From Psilocybe cubensis (taxonomy: Eukaryota): DNA of 64,000 nt. Below are positions 9,201-22,071 of this stretch, piece after piece. The DNA lies in NCBI GenBank assembly GCA_017499595.2, contig CM039006.1, forward strand, positions 1-64,000, written 5' to 3'. The translations under genes were made by a program, and so were the position numbers. Numbering within the stretch: the first letter of the stretch is position 1; the number at the start of each line of letters is the position of its first letter. Under the pieces are notes generated by a model that was not told where the DNA came from, did no database searches, and saw only the letters and a list, made by a program, of their open reading frames with translations.

Positions 9201-9522
9201 TGAGTTCGTACCGGATTTGAGGAAGATAGGACTACTCGGAAGTCGTTGGATAGTATCGCGAAAACGCAATACTAATCTTTTCGACCTTGCAAATGTGTGG
9301 AAGAAAACAGTCTTTCGTAAACTGGATGAAGACATCGCTGAAAAAGGTGGTGTTGTTCCCGAAACTCAAAACGTTAATGAAACTTATCATTCTGCTTTAG
9401 TTGAAGCTGCTGAACAGATAAGTATCGAAAGTGATAACGAGATAATACTTCATAGACGTTCAATCTCACAAGAGAGGGAACATCCAGAATTCGGCAGAAT
9501 ATCCAAATCTTACAACCGATGA
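6225..9522 (+). pseudogene. Truncated ORF1-RT with nonsense mutation
   Basis: GAG>TAG at 7759-7761 splits the frame into the 518-aa and 565-aa ORFs; start missing. Confidence 0.9.
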
Positions 9523-10370
9523 AAAGAATACTAGCGCGTAAGGCGTAAAGCATTAGAAAAAAACCCTAACCGTAAGTATTCCTTGCTACAAAGTAACAAA
9601 CATCTACTTACAAGCAACACATTGGATTAAATAGCTAAACCTAAACCTAAACCCTAAACCCTAAACCCTAAGCCCTAACCTAACCCCAACCCTAAGCTAA
9701 CTAAGTCTAACCTTAGTAGGAAGTAAGGTAGGCGTGTGAACTTCCGAAAGGCATGTGATTGTGAAGGGCCGGATCTAATTTAGTACATGGGAAAAGTTAC
9801 TTAGTACCTCGGGAAAAGTTCCTTAGTACCGTGGAAACATTTTTGATGGACCGGATCATGAACTGTCCAATTAAGATTCACAACAATCAATCAATTGATT
9901 GTTAGGTAAGGACCCAGGTAAGCTATTTATACTCTTGACATGAGAATATTCCCATGTCACGGTTACTCGGAGCCACGTAACCAGAGTATTTTATATCCAT
10001 GTGATTCACATCACAGTCAATAACCCACGATGTCAAAGAACAAAAGTGTTGGATCCACTTTTGACAGGTTACCATGTGCCACATCGACCCGTGACACTCT
10101 GTTCATCAGAGATCTGTCTAACTTGACAATAAACATTGACAGATTTGTGATAGTCGGTAAGATACATGACAGCTGCGCAGCATCACTTCACGCGCTGTCA
10201 TCGGATGTTCCAGAACATTCCTTCTAAGAATAGCCACTGAAGAGTCTATAAAGACGAAAGGGCTGGCTGCTGATAACAATCAACAGCCCTCTGGCCTTCT
10301 TTCCATTTAACTCACAGTTTAAACAAGTCGCTCGCACCTCGCTTCGCTCGGTGCTCGCTCCCCCCCTAAA
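6225..10370 (+). mobile_element. Unit 2 (subfamily A), 5'-truncated, joined to unit 1 with no telomeric tract
   Basis: Junction CCCCTAAA|TCTCCTCAACC; starts about 80 codons into the ORF. Confidence 0.9.
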
Positions 10371-10410
10371 ACCCTAAACCCTAAACCCTAAAACCTAAAC
10401 CCTAAACCCT

Positions 10411-10768
10411 AAACCCACATCTGGTATCTAAACCGCGCCTCGCTGCTTACGAGGACGGCCCGAAGTCCAGAACCGCTTAAAACGCGGGTGACCCGGCCTC
10501 CCCTTAGTAAAGGGAGTTAACACAAGGATGGACAAATAGTTCGTCGCCGGAAATGAACCTGTGGCTGTAATGGCTGATGTGGCGCCCCTTGGTAAAGGGC
10601 TTAAAGGGTATTAGCCTGCCATGTCCAATGGCATGAGAGTGTCCCTTGGTAAAGGACTTAATAGGCAATAGCCTGCTCTTTTGTCATGAGCGGTATGTAG
10701 TGATCGTTTGCCTGTACGGTAGCGCCCATTGCTTGCACTGGTCCACGCCCGTAAAAAATCACGAGCCG
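10411..10768 (+). ncRNA. 5'-truncated second copy of the group I intron (P9 loop to terminal G)
   Basis: Matches 1376-1733 with one substitution noticed (10530); catalytic core missing. Confidence 0.88.
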
Positions 10769-10880
10769 CTGGCCTTCTTTCCATTTAACTCACAGTTTAA
10801 ACAAGTCGCTCGCACCTCGCTTCGCTCGGTGCTCGCTCCCCCCCTAAACCCAACGACTTTGCTATTACCCAACAGCTACT

Positions 10881-13800
10881 ATGTCTTCCACTTACTCTGC
10901 TGCCTTCTCTCGTGCCATGTCCCCCACCCTGGACGCACTCACCCAGGCTGTCGTCAACAACACAGTTTTTGGCGTCAACGACGAAGCTGGCCGCCACAAC
11001 GCCCTCATCGACGAGTTGGCCACTGTCGTCATCAAGAAAATAGCTGAGTGCCGCTCCATTGACCAGATTGTAGACTGCGTCTTTTTTGACTATCGTGCTG
11101 CCCTTAGGGAGTTTCTCCTCAACCTCGCATCGTGGTGCGATAAGAGGGAAACAGTCAAGGCTAGCCTCGAGCGCCTTGAACTTGCCGTTAGCGCAGGCAA
11201 CACCCCCAATCGCCTTCGGGTGAAGGCTCCCGAGTTCCAACTTACGAAGGAATTCGCGGATGCCGGGTCAGCGGAAGCTCTTCGAGTTTCCTCTACGTTC
11301 TCCACCGCTCGTGATGTCTTCCAAAAGGCAATCAACGACGGCGCCATTCAGGCGAAAAAGGACGAACTGGCCTTTTGGGATGATAAATGCGCACTCAATA
11401 ACTGTTATGAAGCTGCTGCCCTCATCGTTAAGACAACTTACGATGATCGCAAATCCAGCTATAAGCTCCCCGTTTTCTCTACAGACAACAAGGGAGTTCG
11501 TCGAATAACAGATTGGGTAGTGTCACCGCAGAAGAAGGCTGAATGCAGCGCATTGCAAACCATTTTGCCAGCCATCTTCTCTCATATCAAACAGATTGTC
11601 AACTTGCGCCACCGCGCTTTGGCAATCAAGATTGAGAAAAAGCGGTCGACTGCGGCAACAGCCGATGTCGAGATGGCCGATGCGACCAAACCAGGTCCAT
11701 CGATTCAATCCCTTATTGATAAGGGCTTGAATGCACGTCTCAAGAAGCTCAACCTTGGATCTGTGGGCAAGAAGGCAAGTTCTCGTAACCCTTCACCCAT
11801 AATTCTGGATACTAATTACTATTCTAATTACCCAGACTTTGTCTGGCCAGAATTCGTCCAAGGCTCCTCAACCTCAGGCCAAGAAAGCTGGCCCTTCGAA
11901 ATTCAAACCCTCGTCGACGCCTTCGCAGAAGAAGCCCCAAACCAAGGCTTCCAACAAGGTCGACAACAAGAAGAAAGGGAAGGGGAGAGCTCCCGTCAAG
12001 AACGATCCAAAGGGAAAGGGAAAGGCAAGAGCCTAGACGCGCGGTCTAATGTAGTACCTTTTACGTCGGTAAGACCCGCCTTCCCCAACTCTATTCCTGA
12101 CGATATACTCACCATGACTAAAACAGACGCAGTTTCTTTTGTACACTTACATACGCCGATCTCATTCTTGTTGGCTGGCCAGTATCGTAGTAGTGTACAC
12201 TGTAGTCCTGGTGTGGTGGTCCCTGTAGATATAGCAAATGATTTGTCACTCGGACTCAATTATATGTTTTTTACTCTGCCTTCTCAAAGTCTGATCATGC
12301 AAGCATGGAATGATTTTCAACGAAGAATAAGATGGCGTATCTATTTTTTGTTTAAGGAAGGCATGAACAAACCTTTTGATCCAGATTACGGAGTAAGCTC
12401 AAAAAAGAAAGAGAAACCTCCAGTATTACCGCAATACATGGAACTTGGCCTTTCGATGGGACGTCGGTACGTGCAACGCACGATCGCAAGTATCCCGGAA
12501 GAAGCCCTTACGGAGATGCGAAAGCACGCGTTCTCTCCTAAAAGGGACAAGATCCGTAAGTTTCTTATCGATAACAACTATGTTATTACGATGACAGATA
12601 AGAATCTTGGCCTCGCGGTGTCTGAACGCGACTGGATATTAAGGAATGAGCTCAATCTTCTTGAAGATGAACGTAACTATGAAGAGTTAGAATTCGAAGT
12701 TGCGCAAGAAGTAATGAAGAGCAAAATGATCCAGATGCAAACTCTTGCACGTACCGTCGAAGATGAACATCTGTTTCTATTTGAACTTGGGTTGTCTCGA
12801 TTCTTTCTATCGAATGTACCGGAAGACGGATCATCGTTCAAGTATCCTCAGTTTCATGGTATACCTAAAATCCACAAAAAACCTACTGGATTTAGGCCCA
12901 TAATTCCGTGTCACTCTGTAGTATTTAATCCTGCAGCCAAGTTTGTATCAAAAGAGCTTAAGCCGATTATTAAATCGACTCCTTCAATCATTCACGGAAC
13001 GAAGGATCTCTTTACGAGATTAAGCCAATTGCGTATAGACCCCAAACGACAATGGTATTTTGTCACCGGGGATGTAGTTGCTTTCTATCCCAATATTCCG
13101 TTGGACTTGTGCATCGAAATCGTTTGTAATATGTACGAGGAATGGTTACTCAACGCTTCGGAAGAAAACACTGCATTAGCCCATATTAATCCAAATTCGT
13201 TAGAGAATAACTTGGTTAAATTGGGCATCTTTAAACGTGCTATCGAGATTGGCAATACGCAATTGATAACACAACATGGGTCTAGATATTTTAGACAAAA
13301 AAATGGCCTCGCAATGGGCGTCGCGGATTCTCCGGACCTTGCTAACCTCTTTGGAGCCCATTTTGAAATAAAGTCAAAAATCTTAGACCACCCAAACGTG
13401 GCCTTCTATGGAAGGTACATCGACGATTGTTTCGCAATTGTTTACGCCGAGTCCGAAGCACTTGCACTTAATCTTATTAAAGAAACAATAAAGTTCGATG
13501 GTTGTGTTATCGAATGGGCTGTTTCCTCGTCGGGATGTCAATTTCTCGATGCTTTCATATTCAAGGAGTCTGGAAAACTTCATTGGAAGCCATTTGTCAA
13601 GACAGGAAACAACCGAGAACGAGTTCCATGGGTATCACATCATCCTTTGGACGTCAAACGTGGCGTCTACATTGGAGAGTTATCCAGGTTAGCCGTGCTA
13701 TGTAGTACCAAGGAAATCTACATCGGAGCAATTAGAGACCTTAACGCTCTCTATTTGATGCGCGGTTATCCCGAAAACCTAGTCATGTCTTGGTGTAAGA

Positions 13801-14411
13801 AGAATATACAAGAACGTTGGGAAAAGCGATTCGCTTTACGAGTCGCAGAGCACGACGAATCCATTCTTGTACTTAAAACCAGATTTGATCAGGTATGGAA
13901 TTGGTTTTCAGCTGCTGAACTTGGAAAAACTGTTACCGAGTACTGGTCGGCATGGTATGAACATGCCGAGAAAGGTTTGTATAGTGCAGACTCGTCCAGA
14001 CCCCTTATCAAACCAGATCCAAATTACGTTCACGACCTCGATGATGTTCGCCCGGAGCTGTTCACACAGATCCTCGTGGACGGAGAAACTGAGTTCGTAC
14101 CGGATTTGAGGAAGATAGGACTACTCGGAAGTCGTTGGATAGTATCGCGAAAACGCAATACTAATCTTTTCGACCTTGCAAATGTGTGGAAGAAAACAGT
14201 CTTTCGTAAACTGGATGAAGACATCGCTGAAAAAGGTGGTGTTGTTCCCGAAACTCAAAACGTTAATGAAACTTATCATTCTGCTTTAGTTGAAGCTGCT
14301 GAACAGATAAGTATCGAAAGTGATAACGAGATAATACTTCATAGACGTTCAATCTCACAAGAGAGGGAACATCCAGAATTCGGCAGAATATCCAAATCTT
14401 ACAACCGATGA
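10881..14411 (+). CDS. Penelope-like ORF1-RT protein, 1176 aa, subfamily A
   Basis: Translation matches 1846-5376. Confidence 0.95.
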   Translation: MSSTYSAAFSRAMSPTLDALTQAVVNNTVFGVNDEAGRHNALIDELATVVIKKIAECRSIDQIVDCVFFDYRAALREFLLNLASWCDKRETVKASLERLELAVSAGNTPNRLRVKAPEFQLTKEFADAGSAEALRVSSTFSTARDVFQKAINDGAIQAKKDELAFWDDKCALNNCYEAAALIVKTTYDDRKSSYKLPVFSTDNKGVRRITDWVVSPQKKAECSALQTILPAIFSHIKQIVNLRHRALAIKIEKKRSTAATADVEMADATKPGPSIQSLIDKGLNARLKKLNLGSVGKKASSRNPSPIILDTNYYSNYPDFVWPEFVQGSSTSGQESWPFEIQTLVDAFAEEAPNQGFQQGRQQEEREGESSRQERSKGKGKGKSLDARSNVVPFTSVRPAFPNSIPDDILTMTKTDAVSFVHLHTPISFLLAGQYRSSVHCSPGVVVPVDIANDLSLGLNYMFFTLPSQSLIMQAWNDFQRRIRWRIYFLFKEGMNKPFDPDYGVSSKKKEKPPVLPQYMELGLSMGRRYVQRTIASIPEEALTEMRKHAFSPKRDKIRKFLIDNNYVITMTDKNLGLAVSERDWILRNELNLLEDERNYEELEFEVAQEVMKSKMIQMQTLARTVEDEHLFLFELGLSRFFLSNVPEDGSSFKYPQFHGIPKIHKKPTGFRPIIPCHSVVFNPAAKFVSKELKPIIKSTPSIIHGTKDLFTRLSQLRIDPKRQWYFVTGDVVAFYPNIPLDLCIEIVCNMYEEWLLNASEENTALAHINPNSLENNLVKLGIFKRAIEIGNTQLITQHGSRYFRQKNGLAMGVADSPDLANLFGAHFEIKSKILDHPNVAFYGRYIDDCFAIVYAESEALALNLIKETIKFDGCVIEWAVSSSGCQFLDAFIFKESGKLHWKPFVKTGNNRERVPWVSHHPLDVKRGVYIGELSRLAVLCSTKEIYIGAIRDLNALYLMRGYPENLVMSWCKKNIQERWEKRFALRVAEHDESILVLKTRFDQVWNWFSAAELGKTVTEYWSAWYEHAEKGLYSADSSRPLIKPDPNYVHDLDDVRPELFTQILVDGETEFVPDLRKIGLLGSRWIVSRKRNTNLFDLANVWKKTVFRKLDEDIAEKGGVVPETQNVNETYHSALVEAAEQISIESDNEIILHRRSISQEREHPEFGRISKSYNR

Positions 14412-15278
14412 AAAGAATACTAGCGCGTAAGGCGTAAAGCATTAGAAAAAAACCCTAACCGTAAGTATTCCTTGCTACAAAGTAACAAACATCTACTTAC
14501 AAGCAACACATTGGATTAAATAGCTAAACCTAAACCTAAACCCTAAACCCTAAACCCTAAGCCCTAACCTAACCCCAACCCTAAGCTAACTAAGTCTAAC
14601 CTTAGTAGGAAGTAAGGTAGGCGTGTGAACTTCCGAAAGGCATGTGATTGTGAAGGGCCGGATCTAATTTAGTACATGGGAAAAGTTACTTAGTACCTCG
14701 GGAAAAGTTCCTTAGTACCGTGGAAACATTTTTGATGGACCGGATCATGAACTGTCCAATTAAGATTCACAACAATCAATCAATTGATTGTTAGGTAAGG
14801 ACCCAGGTAAGCTATTTATACTCTTGACATGAGAATATTCCCATGTCACGGTTACTCGGAGCCACGTAACCAGAGTATTTTATATCCATGTGATTCACAT
14901 CACAGTCAATAACCCACGATGTCAAAGAACAAAAGTGTTGGATCCACTTTTGACAGGTTACCATGTGCCACATCGACCCGTGACACTCTGTTCATCAGAG
15001 ATCTGTCTAACTTGACAATAAACATTGACAGATTTGTGATAGTCGGTAAGATACATGACAGCTGCGCAGCATCACTTCACGCGCTGTCATCGGATGTTCC
15101 AGAACATTCCTTCTAAGAATAGCCACTGAAGAGTCTATAAAGACGAAAGGGCTGGCTGCTGATAACAATCAACAGCCCTCTGGCCTTCTTTCCATTTAAC
15201 TCACAGTTTAAACAAGTCGCTCGCACCTCGCTTCGCTCGGTGCTCGCTCCCCCCCTAAACCCTAAACCCTAACCCTAA

Positions 15279-15737
15279 ACCCAGGTAAGCTATTTATACT
15301 CTTGACATGAGAATATTCCCATGTCACGGTTACTCGGAGCCACGTAACCAGAGTATTTTATATCCATGTGATTCACATCACAGTCAATAACCCACGATGT
15401 CAAAGAACAAAAGTGTTGGATCCACTTTTGACAGGTTACCATGTGCCACATCGACCCGTGACACTCTGTTCATCAGAGATCTGTCTAACTTGACAATAAA
15501 CATTGACAGATTTGTGATAGTCGGTAAGATACATGACAGCTGCGCAGCATCACTTCACGCGCTGTCATCGGATGTTCCAGAACATTCCTTCTAAGAATAG
15601 CCACTGAAGAGTCTATAAAGACGAAAGGGCTGGCTGCTGATAACAATCAACAGCCCTCTGGCCTTCTTTCCATTTAACTCACAGTTTAAACAAGTCGCTC
15701 GCACCTCGCTTCGCTCGGTGCTCGCTCCCCCCCTAAA
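15279..15737 (+). mobile_element. Unit 4 (subfamily A), 3' UTR-only fragment with hammerhead
   Basis: Begins at ACCCAGGTAAG after a short telomeric tract; ends at the common 3' end. Confidence 0.88.
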
Positions 15738-15747
15738 CCCTAAACCC

Positions 15748-16944
15748 GATCCTCGTGGACGGAGAAACTGAGTTCGTACCGGATTTGAGGAAGATAGGAC
15801 TACTCGGAAGTCGTTGGATAGTATCGCGAAAACGCAATACTAATCTTTTCGACCTTGCAAATGTGTGGAAGAAAACAGTCTTTCGTAAACTGGATGAAGA
15901 CATCGCTGAAAAAGGTGGTGTTGTTCCCGAAACTCAAAACGTTAATGAAACTTATCATTCTGCTTTAGTTGAAGCTGCTGAGCAGATAAGTATCGAAAGT
16001 GATAACGAGATAATACTTCATAGACGTTCAATCTCACAAGAGAGGGAACATCCAGAATTTGGCAGAATATCCAAATCTTACAACCGATGAAAAGAATACT
16101 AGCGCTTAAGGCGTAAAGCATTAGAAAAAAACCCTAACCGTAAGTATTCCTTGCTATAAAGTAACAAACATCTACTTACAAGCAACACATTGGATTGAAT
16201 AGCTAAACCTAAACCTAAACCCTAAACCCTAAACCCTAAACCCTAACCTAACCCCAACCCTAAGCTAACTAAGTCTAACCTTAGTAGGAAGTAAGGTAGG
16301 CGTGTGAACTTCCGAACGGCATGTGATTGTGAAGGGCCGGATCTAATTTAGTACATGGGAAAAGTTACTTAGTACTTCGGGAAAAGTTCCTTAGTACCGT
16401 GGAAACATTTTTGATGGACCGGATCATGAACTGTCCAATTAAGATTCACAACAATCAATCATTCTATTGTTTGATTGTTAGGTAAGGACCCAGGTAAGTT
16501 ATTTATACTCTAGACATGTGAATATTCCCATGTCGCGGTTACTCGGAGCCACGTAACCAGAGTAATCTATATCCATGTGATTCACATCACAGTCAATAAC
16601 CCACGATGTCAAAGAACAAAAGTGTTGGATCCACTTTTGACAGGTTACCATGTGCCACATCGACCCGTGACACTCTGTTCATCAGAGACCTGTCTAACTT
16701 GACAATAAACATTGACAGATTTGTGATAGTCGGTAAGATACATGACAGCTGCGCAGCATCACTTCACGCGCTGTCATCGGATGTCTAGAACATTCCTTCT
16801 AAGAATAGCCACTGAAGAGTCTATAAAGACGAAAGGGCTGGTTGTTGGGATCCCCCAACAGCCCTCTGGCTACTTTCCATTTAACTCCCAGTTTAAACTA
16901 GTCGCTCGCACCTCGCTTCGCTCGGTGCTCGCTCCCCCCCTAAA
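15748..16944 (+). mobile_element. Unit 5 (subfamily B), last ~113 codons of the ORF plus 3' UTR
   Basis: Junction TAAACCC|GATCCTCGTGG; B-type UTR variants. Confidence 0.88.
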
Positions 16945-19900
16945 CCCTAACCTAACCCCAACCCTAAGCTAACTAAGTCTAACCTTAGTAGGAAGTAAGG
17001 TAGGCGTGTGAACTTCCGAACGGCATGTGATTGTGAAGGGCCGGATCTAATTTAGTACATGGGAAAAGTTACTTAGTACTTCGGGAAAAGTTCCTTAGTA
17101 CCGTGGAAACATTTTTGATGGACCGGATCATGAACTGTCCAATTAAGATTCACAACAATCAATCATTCTATTGTTTGATTGTTAGGTAAGGACCCAGGTA
17201 AGTTATTTATACTCTAGACATGTGAATATTCCCATGTCGCGGTTACTCGGAGCCACGTAACCAGAGTAATCTATATCCATGTGATTCACATCACAGTCAA
17301 TAACCCACGATGTCAAAGAACAAAAGTGTTGGATCCACTTTTGACAGGTTACCATGTGCCACATCGACCCGTGACACTCTGTTCATCAGAGACCTGTCTA
17401 ACTTGACAATAAACATTGACAGATTTGTGATAGTCGGTAAGATACATGACAGCTGCGCAGCATCACTTCACGCGCTGTCATCGGATGTCTAGAACATTCC
17501 TTCTAAGAATAGCCACTGAAGAGTCTATAAAGACGAAAGGGCTGGTTGTTGGGATCCCCCAACAGCCCTCTGGCTACTTTCCATTTAACTCCCAGTTTAA
17601 ACTAGTCGCTCGCACCTCGCTTCGCTCGGTGCTCGCTCCCCCCCTAAACCCAACGACTTTGCTATTATCCATCAGCCACTATGTCATCTCAATACTCTGC
17701 TGCTTTCTCTCGTGCCATGTCCCCCACCCTGGACGCACTCACCCAGGCCGTCGTCAACAACACCGTTTTCGGCGTCAACGATGAAGCAGGCCGCCATAAC
17801 GCTCTGATCGACGAGCTGGCCACTGTGGTCATCAAAAAAATAGCTGAGTGCCGCTCCGTTGACCAAGTCATAGACTGCGTCTTTTTTGACTATCGTGCTG
17901 CCCTTAGGGAGTTTCTCCTCAACCTCGCATCGTGGTGCGATAAGAGGGAAACAGTCAAGGCTAGCCTCGAGCGCCTTGAATCTGCCGTTAGCGCAGGCAA
18001 CACGCCCAATCGCCTTAAGGTGAAGGCACCCGAGTTCCAACTTACGAAGGAATTCGCGAATGCCGGGTCAGCGGAGGCTCTTCGAGTCTCCACTACGTTC
18101 TCTACCGCTCGTGACGCCTTCCAAAAGGCAATTAACGACGGCGCCATTCAGGCGAAAAAGGACGAGCTGACTTTTTGGGATGATAAATGCGCACTCAACT
18201 CTTGCTACGAAGCTGCTGCCCTCATCGTTAAGGCAACTTACGATGATCGCAAATCCAGCTACAAGCTCCCTGTTTTCTCTACAGATAACAAGGGAGTTCG
18301 ACGTATAGCAGAGTGGGTAGTGTCTCCGCAAAAGAAAGCCGAATGCAGTGCGCTGCAAACCATACTGCCGGCGATCTTTTCTCACATCAAACAAATTGTC
18401 AACATGCGCCACCGCGCTTTGGCAATTAAGATTGAGAAAAAGCGGACGACTGCGGCAACAGCCGATGTCGAGATGGCCGACGCGACCAAACCAGGTCCGT
18501 CGATTCAATCCCTTATTGATAAGGGCTTGAATGCACGTCTCAAGAAGCTCAACCTTGGATCTGTGGGCAAGAAGGCAAGTTTTCGTAACCCTTCACCCAT
18601 AATTCTGGATACTAATTACTACTCTAATTACCCAGACTTTGTCTGGCCAGAATTCATCCAAGGCTCCTCAACCTCAGGCCAAGAAAGCTGGCCCTTCGAA
18701 ACCCAAGTCGTCGTCGACGCCTTCGCAACGCAAGCCTCAAACCAAGGCTTCCAACAAGGTCGACAACAAGAAGAAAGGGAAGGGGAGAGCTCCCGTCAAG
18801 AACGATCCAAAGGGAAAGGGAAAGGCAAGAGCCTAGATGCGCGGTCTAATGTAGTACCTTTTACGTCGGTGAGACCCGCCTTCCCCAACTCTATTCCTGA
18901 CGATATACTCACCATGACTAAAACAGACGCAGTTTCTTTCGTACACTTACATACTCCAATATCATTCTTGTTGGCTGGCCAGTATCGTAGTAGTGTACAT
19001 TGTAGTCCTGGTGTTTCTGTCCCTGTTGATGTAGCAAACGATCTCTCTCTCGGACTTAATTATATGTTTTTCACTCTGCCTTCTAAAAGTCTGATCATGC
19101 AAGCATGGAATGATTTCCAACGAAGAATAAGATGGCGTATCTATTTTTTGTTTAAGGAAGGCATGAATAAACCTTTTGATCCAGATTATGGAGTAAGCTC
19201 AAAAAAGAAAGAGAAACCTCCTGTATTACCGCAATATATGGAACTTGGCCTTTCGATGGGACGTCGGTACGTGCAACGCACGATCGCAAGTATCCCGGAA
19301 GAAGCCCTTACGGAGATGCGAAAGCACGCGTTCTCTCCTAAAAGGGACAAGATCCGTAAGTTTCTTATCGATAACAACTATGTTATTACGATGACAGATA
19401 AGAATCTTGGCCTCGCGGTGTCTGAACGCGACTGGATATTAAGGAATGAGCTCAATCTTCTTGAAGATGAACGTAATTACGAAGAGTTAGAATTCGAAGT
19501 TGCGCAAGAAGTTATGAAGAGCAAAATGATTCAGATGCAAACGCTCGCACGTACTGTCGAAGATGAACATCTGTTTCTATTTGAACTTGGGTTGTCTCGA
19601 TTCTTTCTATCGAATGTACCGGAAGACGGATCATCGTTCAAGTATCCTCAATTTCATGGTATACCTAAAATCCACAAGAAACCTACTGGATTTAGGCCCA
19701 TAATTCCGTGTCACTCTGTAGTATTTAATCCTGCAGCCAAGTTTGTATCAAAAGAGCTTAAGCCGATTATTAAATCGACTCCTTCAATCATACACGGAAC
19801 GAAGGATCTCTTTACGAGATTAAGCCAATTGCGTATAGACTCCAAAAGACAATGGTATTTTGTCACTGGAGATGTAGTTGCTTTCTATCCCAATATTCCG

Positions 19901-22065
19901 TTGGACTTGTGCATCGAAATCGTTTGTAGTATGTACGAGGAATGGTTACTCAACGCTTCGGAAGAAAACACTGCATTAGCCCATATTAATCCAAATTCGT
20001 TAGAGAATAACTTGGTTAAATTGGGCATCTTTAAACGTGCTATCGAGATTGGCAATACGCAATTGATAACACAACATGGGTCTAGATATTTTAGACAAAA
20101 AAATGGCCTCGCAATGGGCGTCGCGGATTCTCCGGACCTTGCTAACCTCTTTGGAGCCCATTTTGAAATAAAGTCAAAAATCTTAGACCACCCAAACGTG
20201 GCCTTCTATGGAAGGTACATCGACGATTGTTTCGCAATTGTTTACGCCGAGTCCGAAGCACTTGCACTTAATCTTATTAAAGAAACAATAAAGTTCGATG
20301 GTTGTGTTATCGAATGGGCTGTTTCCTCGTCGGGATGTCAATTTCTCGATGCTTTCATATTCAAGGAGTCTGGAAAACTTCATTGGAAGCCTTTTGTCAA
20401 GACAGGAAACAACCGAGAACGAGTTCCATGGGTATCACATCATCCTTTGGACGTCAAACGTGGCGTCTACATTGGAGAGTTATCCAGGTTAGCCGTGCTA
20501 TGTAGTACCAAGGAAATCTACATCGGAGCAATTAGAGACCTTAACGCTCTCTATTTGATGCGCGGTTATCCCGAAAACCTAGTCATATCTTGGTGTAAGA
20601 AGAATATACAAGAACGTTGGGAAAAGCGATTCGCTTTACGAGTCGCAGAGCACGACGAATCCATTCTTGTACTTAAAACCAGATTTGATCAGGTATGGAA
20701 TTGGTTTTCAGCTGCTGAACTTGGAAAAACTGTTACCGAGTACTGGTCGGCATGGTATGAACATGCCGAGAAAGGTTTGTATAGTGCAGACTCGTCCAGA
20801 CCCCTTATCAAACCAGATCCAAATTACGTTCACGACCTCGATGATGTTCGCCCGGAGCTGTTCACACAGATCCTCGTGGACGGAGAAACTGAGTTCGTAC
20901 CGGATTTGAGGAAGATAGGACTACTCGGAAGTCGTTGGATAGTATCGCGAAAACGCAATACTAATCTTTTCGACCTTGCAAATGTGTGGAAGAAAACAGT
21001 CTTTCGTAAACTGGATGAAGACATCGCTGAAAAAGGTGGTGTTGTTCCCGAAACTCAAAACGTTAATGAAACTTATCATTCTGCTTTAGTTGAAGCTGCT
21101 GAGCAGATAAGTATCGAAAGTGATAACGAGATAATACTTCATAGACGTTCAATCTCACAAGAGAGGGAACATCCAGAATTTGGCAGAATATCCAAATCTT
21201 ACAACCGATGAAAAGAATACTAGCGCTTAAGGCGTAAAGCATTAGAAAAAAACCCTAACCGTAAGTATTCCTTGCTATAAAGTAACAAACATCTACTTAC
21301 AAGCAACACATTGGATTGAATAGCTAAACCTAAACCTAAACCCTAAACCCTAAACCCTAAACCCTAACCTAACCCCAACCCTAAGCTAACTAAGTCTAAC
21401 CTTAGTAGGAAGTAAGGTAGGCGTGTGAACTTCCGAACGGCATGTGATTGTGAAGGGCCGGATCTAATTTAGTACATGGGAAAAGTTACTTAGTACTTCG
21501 GGAAAAGTTCCTTAGTACCGTGGAAACATTTTTGATGGACCGGATCATGAACTGTCCAATTAAGATTCACAACAATCAATCATTCTATTGTTTGATTGTT
21601 AGGTAAGGACCCAGGTAAGTTATTTATACTCTAGACATGTGAATATTCCCATGTCGCGGTTACTCGGAGCCACGTAACCAGAGTAATCTATATCCATGTG
21701 ATTCACATCACAGTCAATAACCCACGATGTCAAAGAACAAAAGTGTTGGATCCACTTTTGACAGGTTACCATGTGCCACATCGACCCGTGACACTCTGTT
21801 CATCAGAGACCTGTCTAACTTGACAATAAACATTGACAGATTTGTGATAGTCGGTAAGATACATGACAGCTGCGCAGCATCACTTCACGCGCTGTCATCG
21901 GATGTCTAGAACATTCCTTCTAAGAATAGCCACTGAAGAGTCTATAAAGACGAAAGGGCTGGTTGTTGGGATCCCCCAACAGCCCTCTGGCTACTTTCCA
22001 TTTAACTCCCAGTTTAAACTAGTCGCTCGCACCTCGCTTCGCTCGGTGCTCGCTCCCCCCCTAAA
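16945..22065 (+). mobile_element. Unit 6 (subfamily B): partial 3' UTR + intron-less hammerhead + full ORF + 3' UTR
   Basis: UTR repeated at a 4417-bp period; upstream junction CAGCCCT|CTGGCT lacks the group I intron. Confidence 0.9.
17681..21211 (+). CDS. Penelope-like ORF1-RT protein, 1176 aa, subfamily B
   Basis: Same RT motifs; differences from subfamily A concentrated in the N-terminal part. Confidence 0.95.
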   Translation: MSSQYSAAFSRAMSPTLDALTQAVVNNTVFGVNDEAGRHNALIDELATVVIKKIAECRSVDQVIDCVFFDYRAALREFLLNLASWCDKRETVKASLERLESAVSAGNTPNRLKVKAPEFQLTKEFANAGSAEALRVSTTFSTARDAFQKAINDGAIQAKKDELTFWDDKCALNSCYEAAALIVKATYDDRKSSYKLPVFSTDNKGVRRIAEWVVSPQKKAECSALQTILPAIFSHIKQIVNMRHRALAIKIEKKRTTAATADVEMADATKPGPSIQSLIDKGLNARLKKLNLGSVGKKASFRNPSPIILDTNYYSNYPDFVWPEFIQGSSTSGQESWPFETQVVVDAFATQASNQGFQQGRQQEEREGESSRQERSKGKGKGKSLDARSNVVPFTSVRPAFPNSIPDDILTMTKTDAVSFVHLHTPISFLLAGQYRSSVHCSPGVSVPVDVANDLSLGLNYMFFTLPSKSLIMQAWNDFQRRIRWRIYFLFKEGMNKPFDPDYGVSSKKKEKPPVLPQYMELGLSMGRRYVQRTIASIPEEALTEMRKHAFSPKRDKIRKFLIDNNYVITMTDKNLGLAVSERDWILRNELNLLEDERNYEELEFEVAQEVMKSKMIQMQTLARTVEDEHLFLFELGLSRFFLSNVPEDGSSFKYPQFHGIPKIHKKPTGFRPIIPCHSVVFNPAAKFVSKELKPIIKSTPSIIHGTKDLFTRLSQLRIDSKRQWYFVTGDVVAFYPNIPLDLCIEIVCSMYEEWLLNASEENTALAHINPNSLENNLVKLGIFKRAIEIGNTQLITQHGSRYFRQKNGLAMGVADSPDLANLFGAHFEIKSKILDHPNVAFYGRYIDDCFAIVYAESEALALNLIKETIKFDGCVIEWAVSSSGCQFLDAFIFKESGKLHWKPFVKTGNNRERVPWVSHHPLDVKRGVYIGELSRLAVLCSTKEIYIGAIRDLNALYLMRGYPENLVISWCKKNIQERWEKRFALRVAEHDESILVLKTRFDQVWNWFSAAELGKTVTEYWSAWYEHAEKGLYSADSSRPLIKPDPNYVHDLDDVRPELFTQILVDGETEFVPDLRKIGLLGSRWIVSRKRNTNLFDLANVWKKTVFRKLDEDIAEKGGVVPETQNVNETYHSALVEAAEQISIESDNEIILHRRSISQEREHPEFGRISKSYNR

Positions 22066-22071
22066 CCCTAA

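Larger units (their letters stand above)
10411..15259 (+). mobile_element. Unit 3 (subfamily A): 3' part of the group I intron + full ORF + 3' UTR
   Basis: Colinear with 1376-6224 at offset 9035; preceded by telomeric tract 10371-10416. Confidence 0.9.
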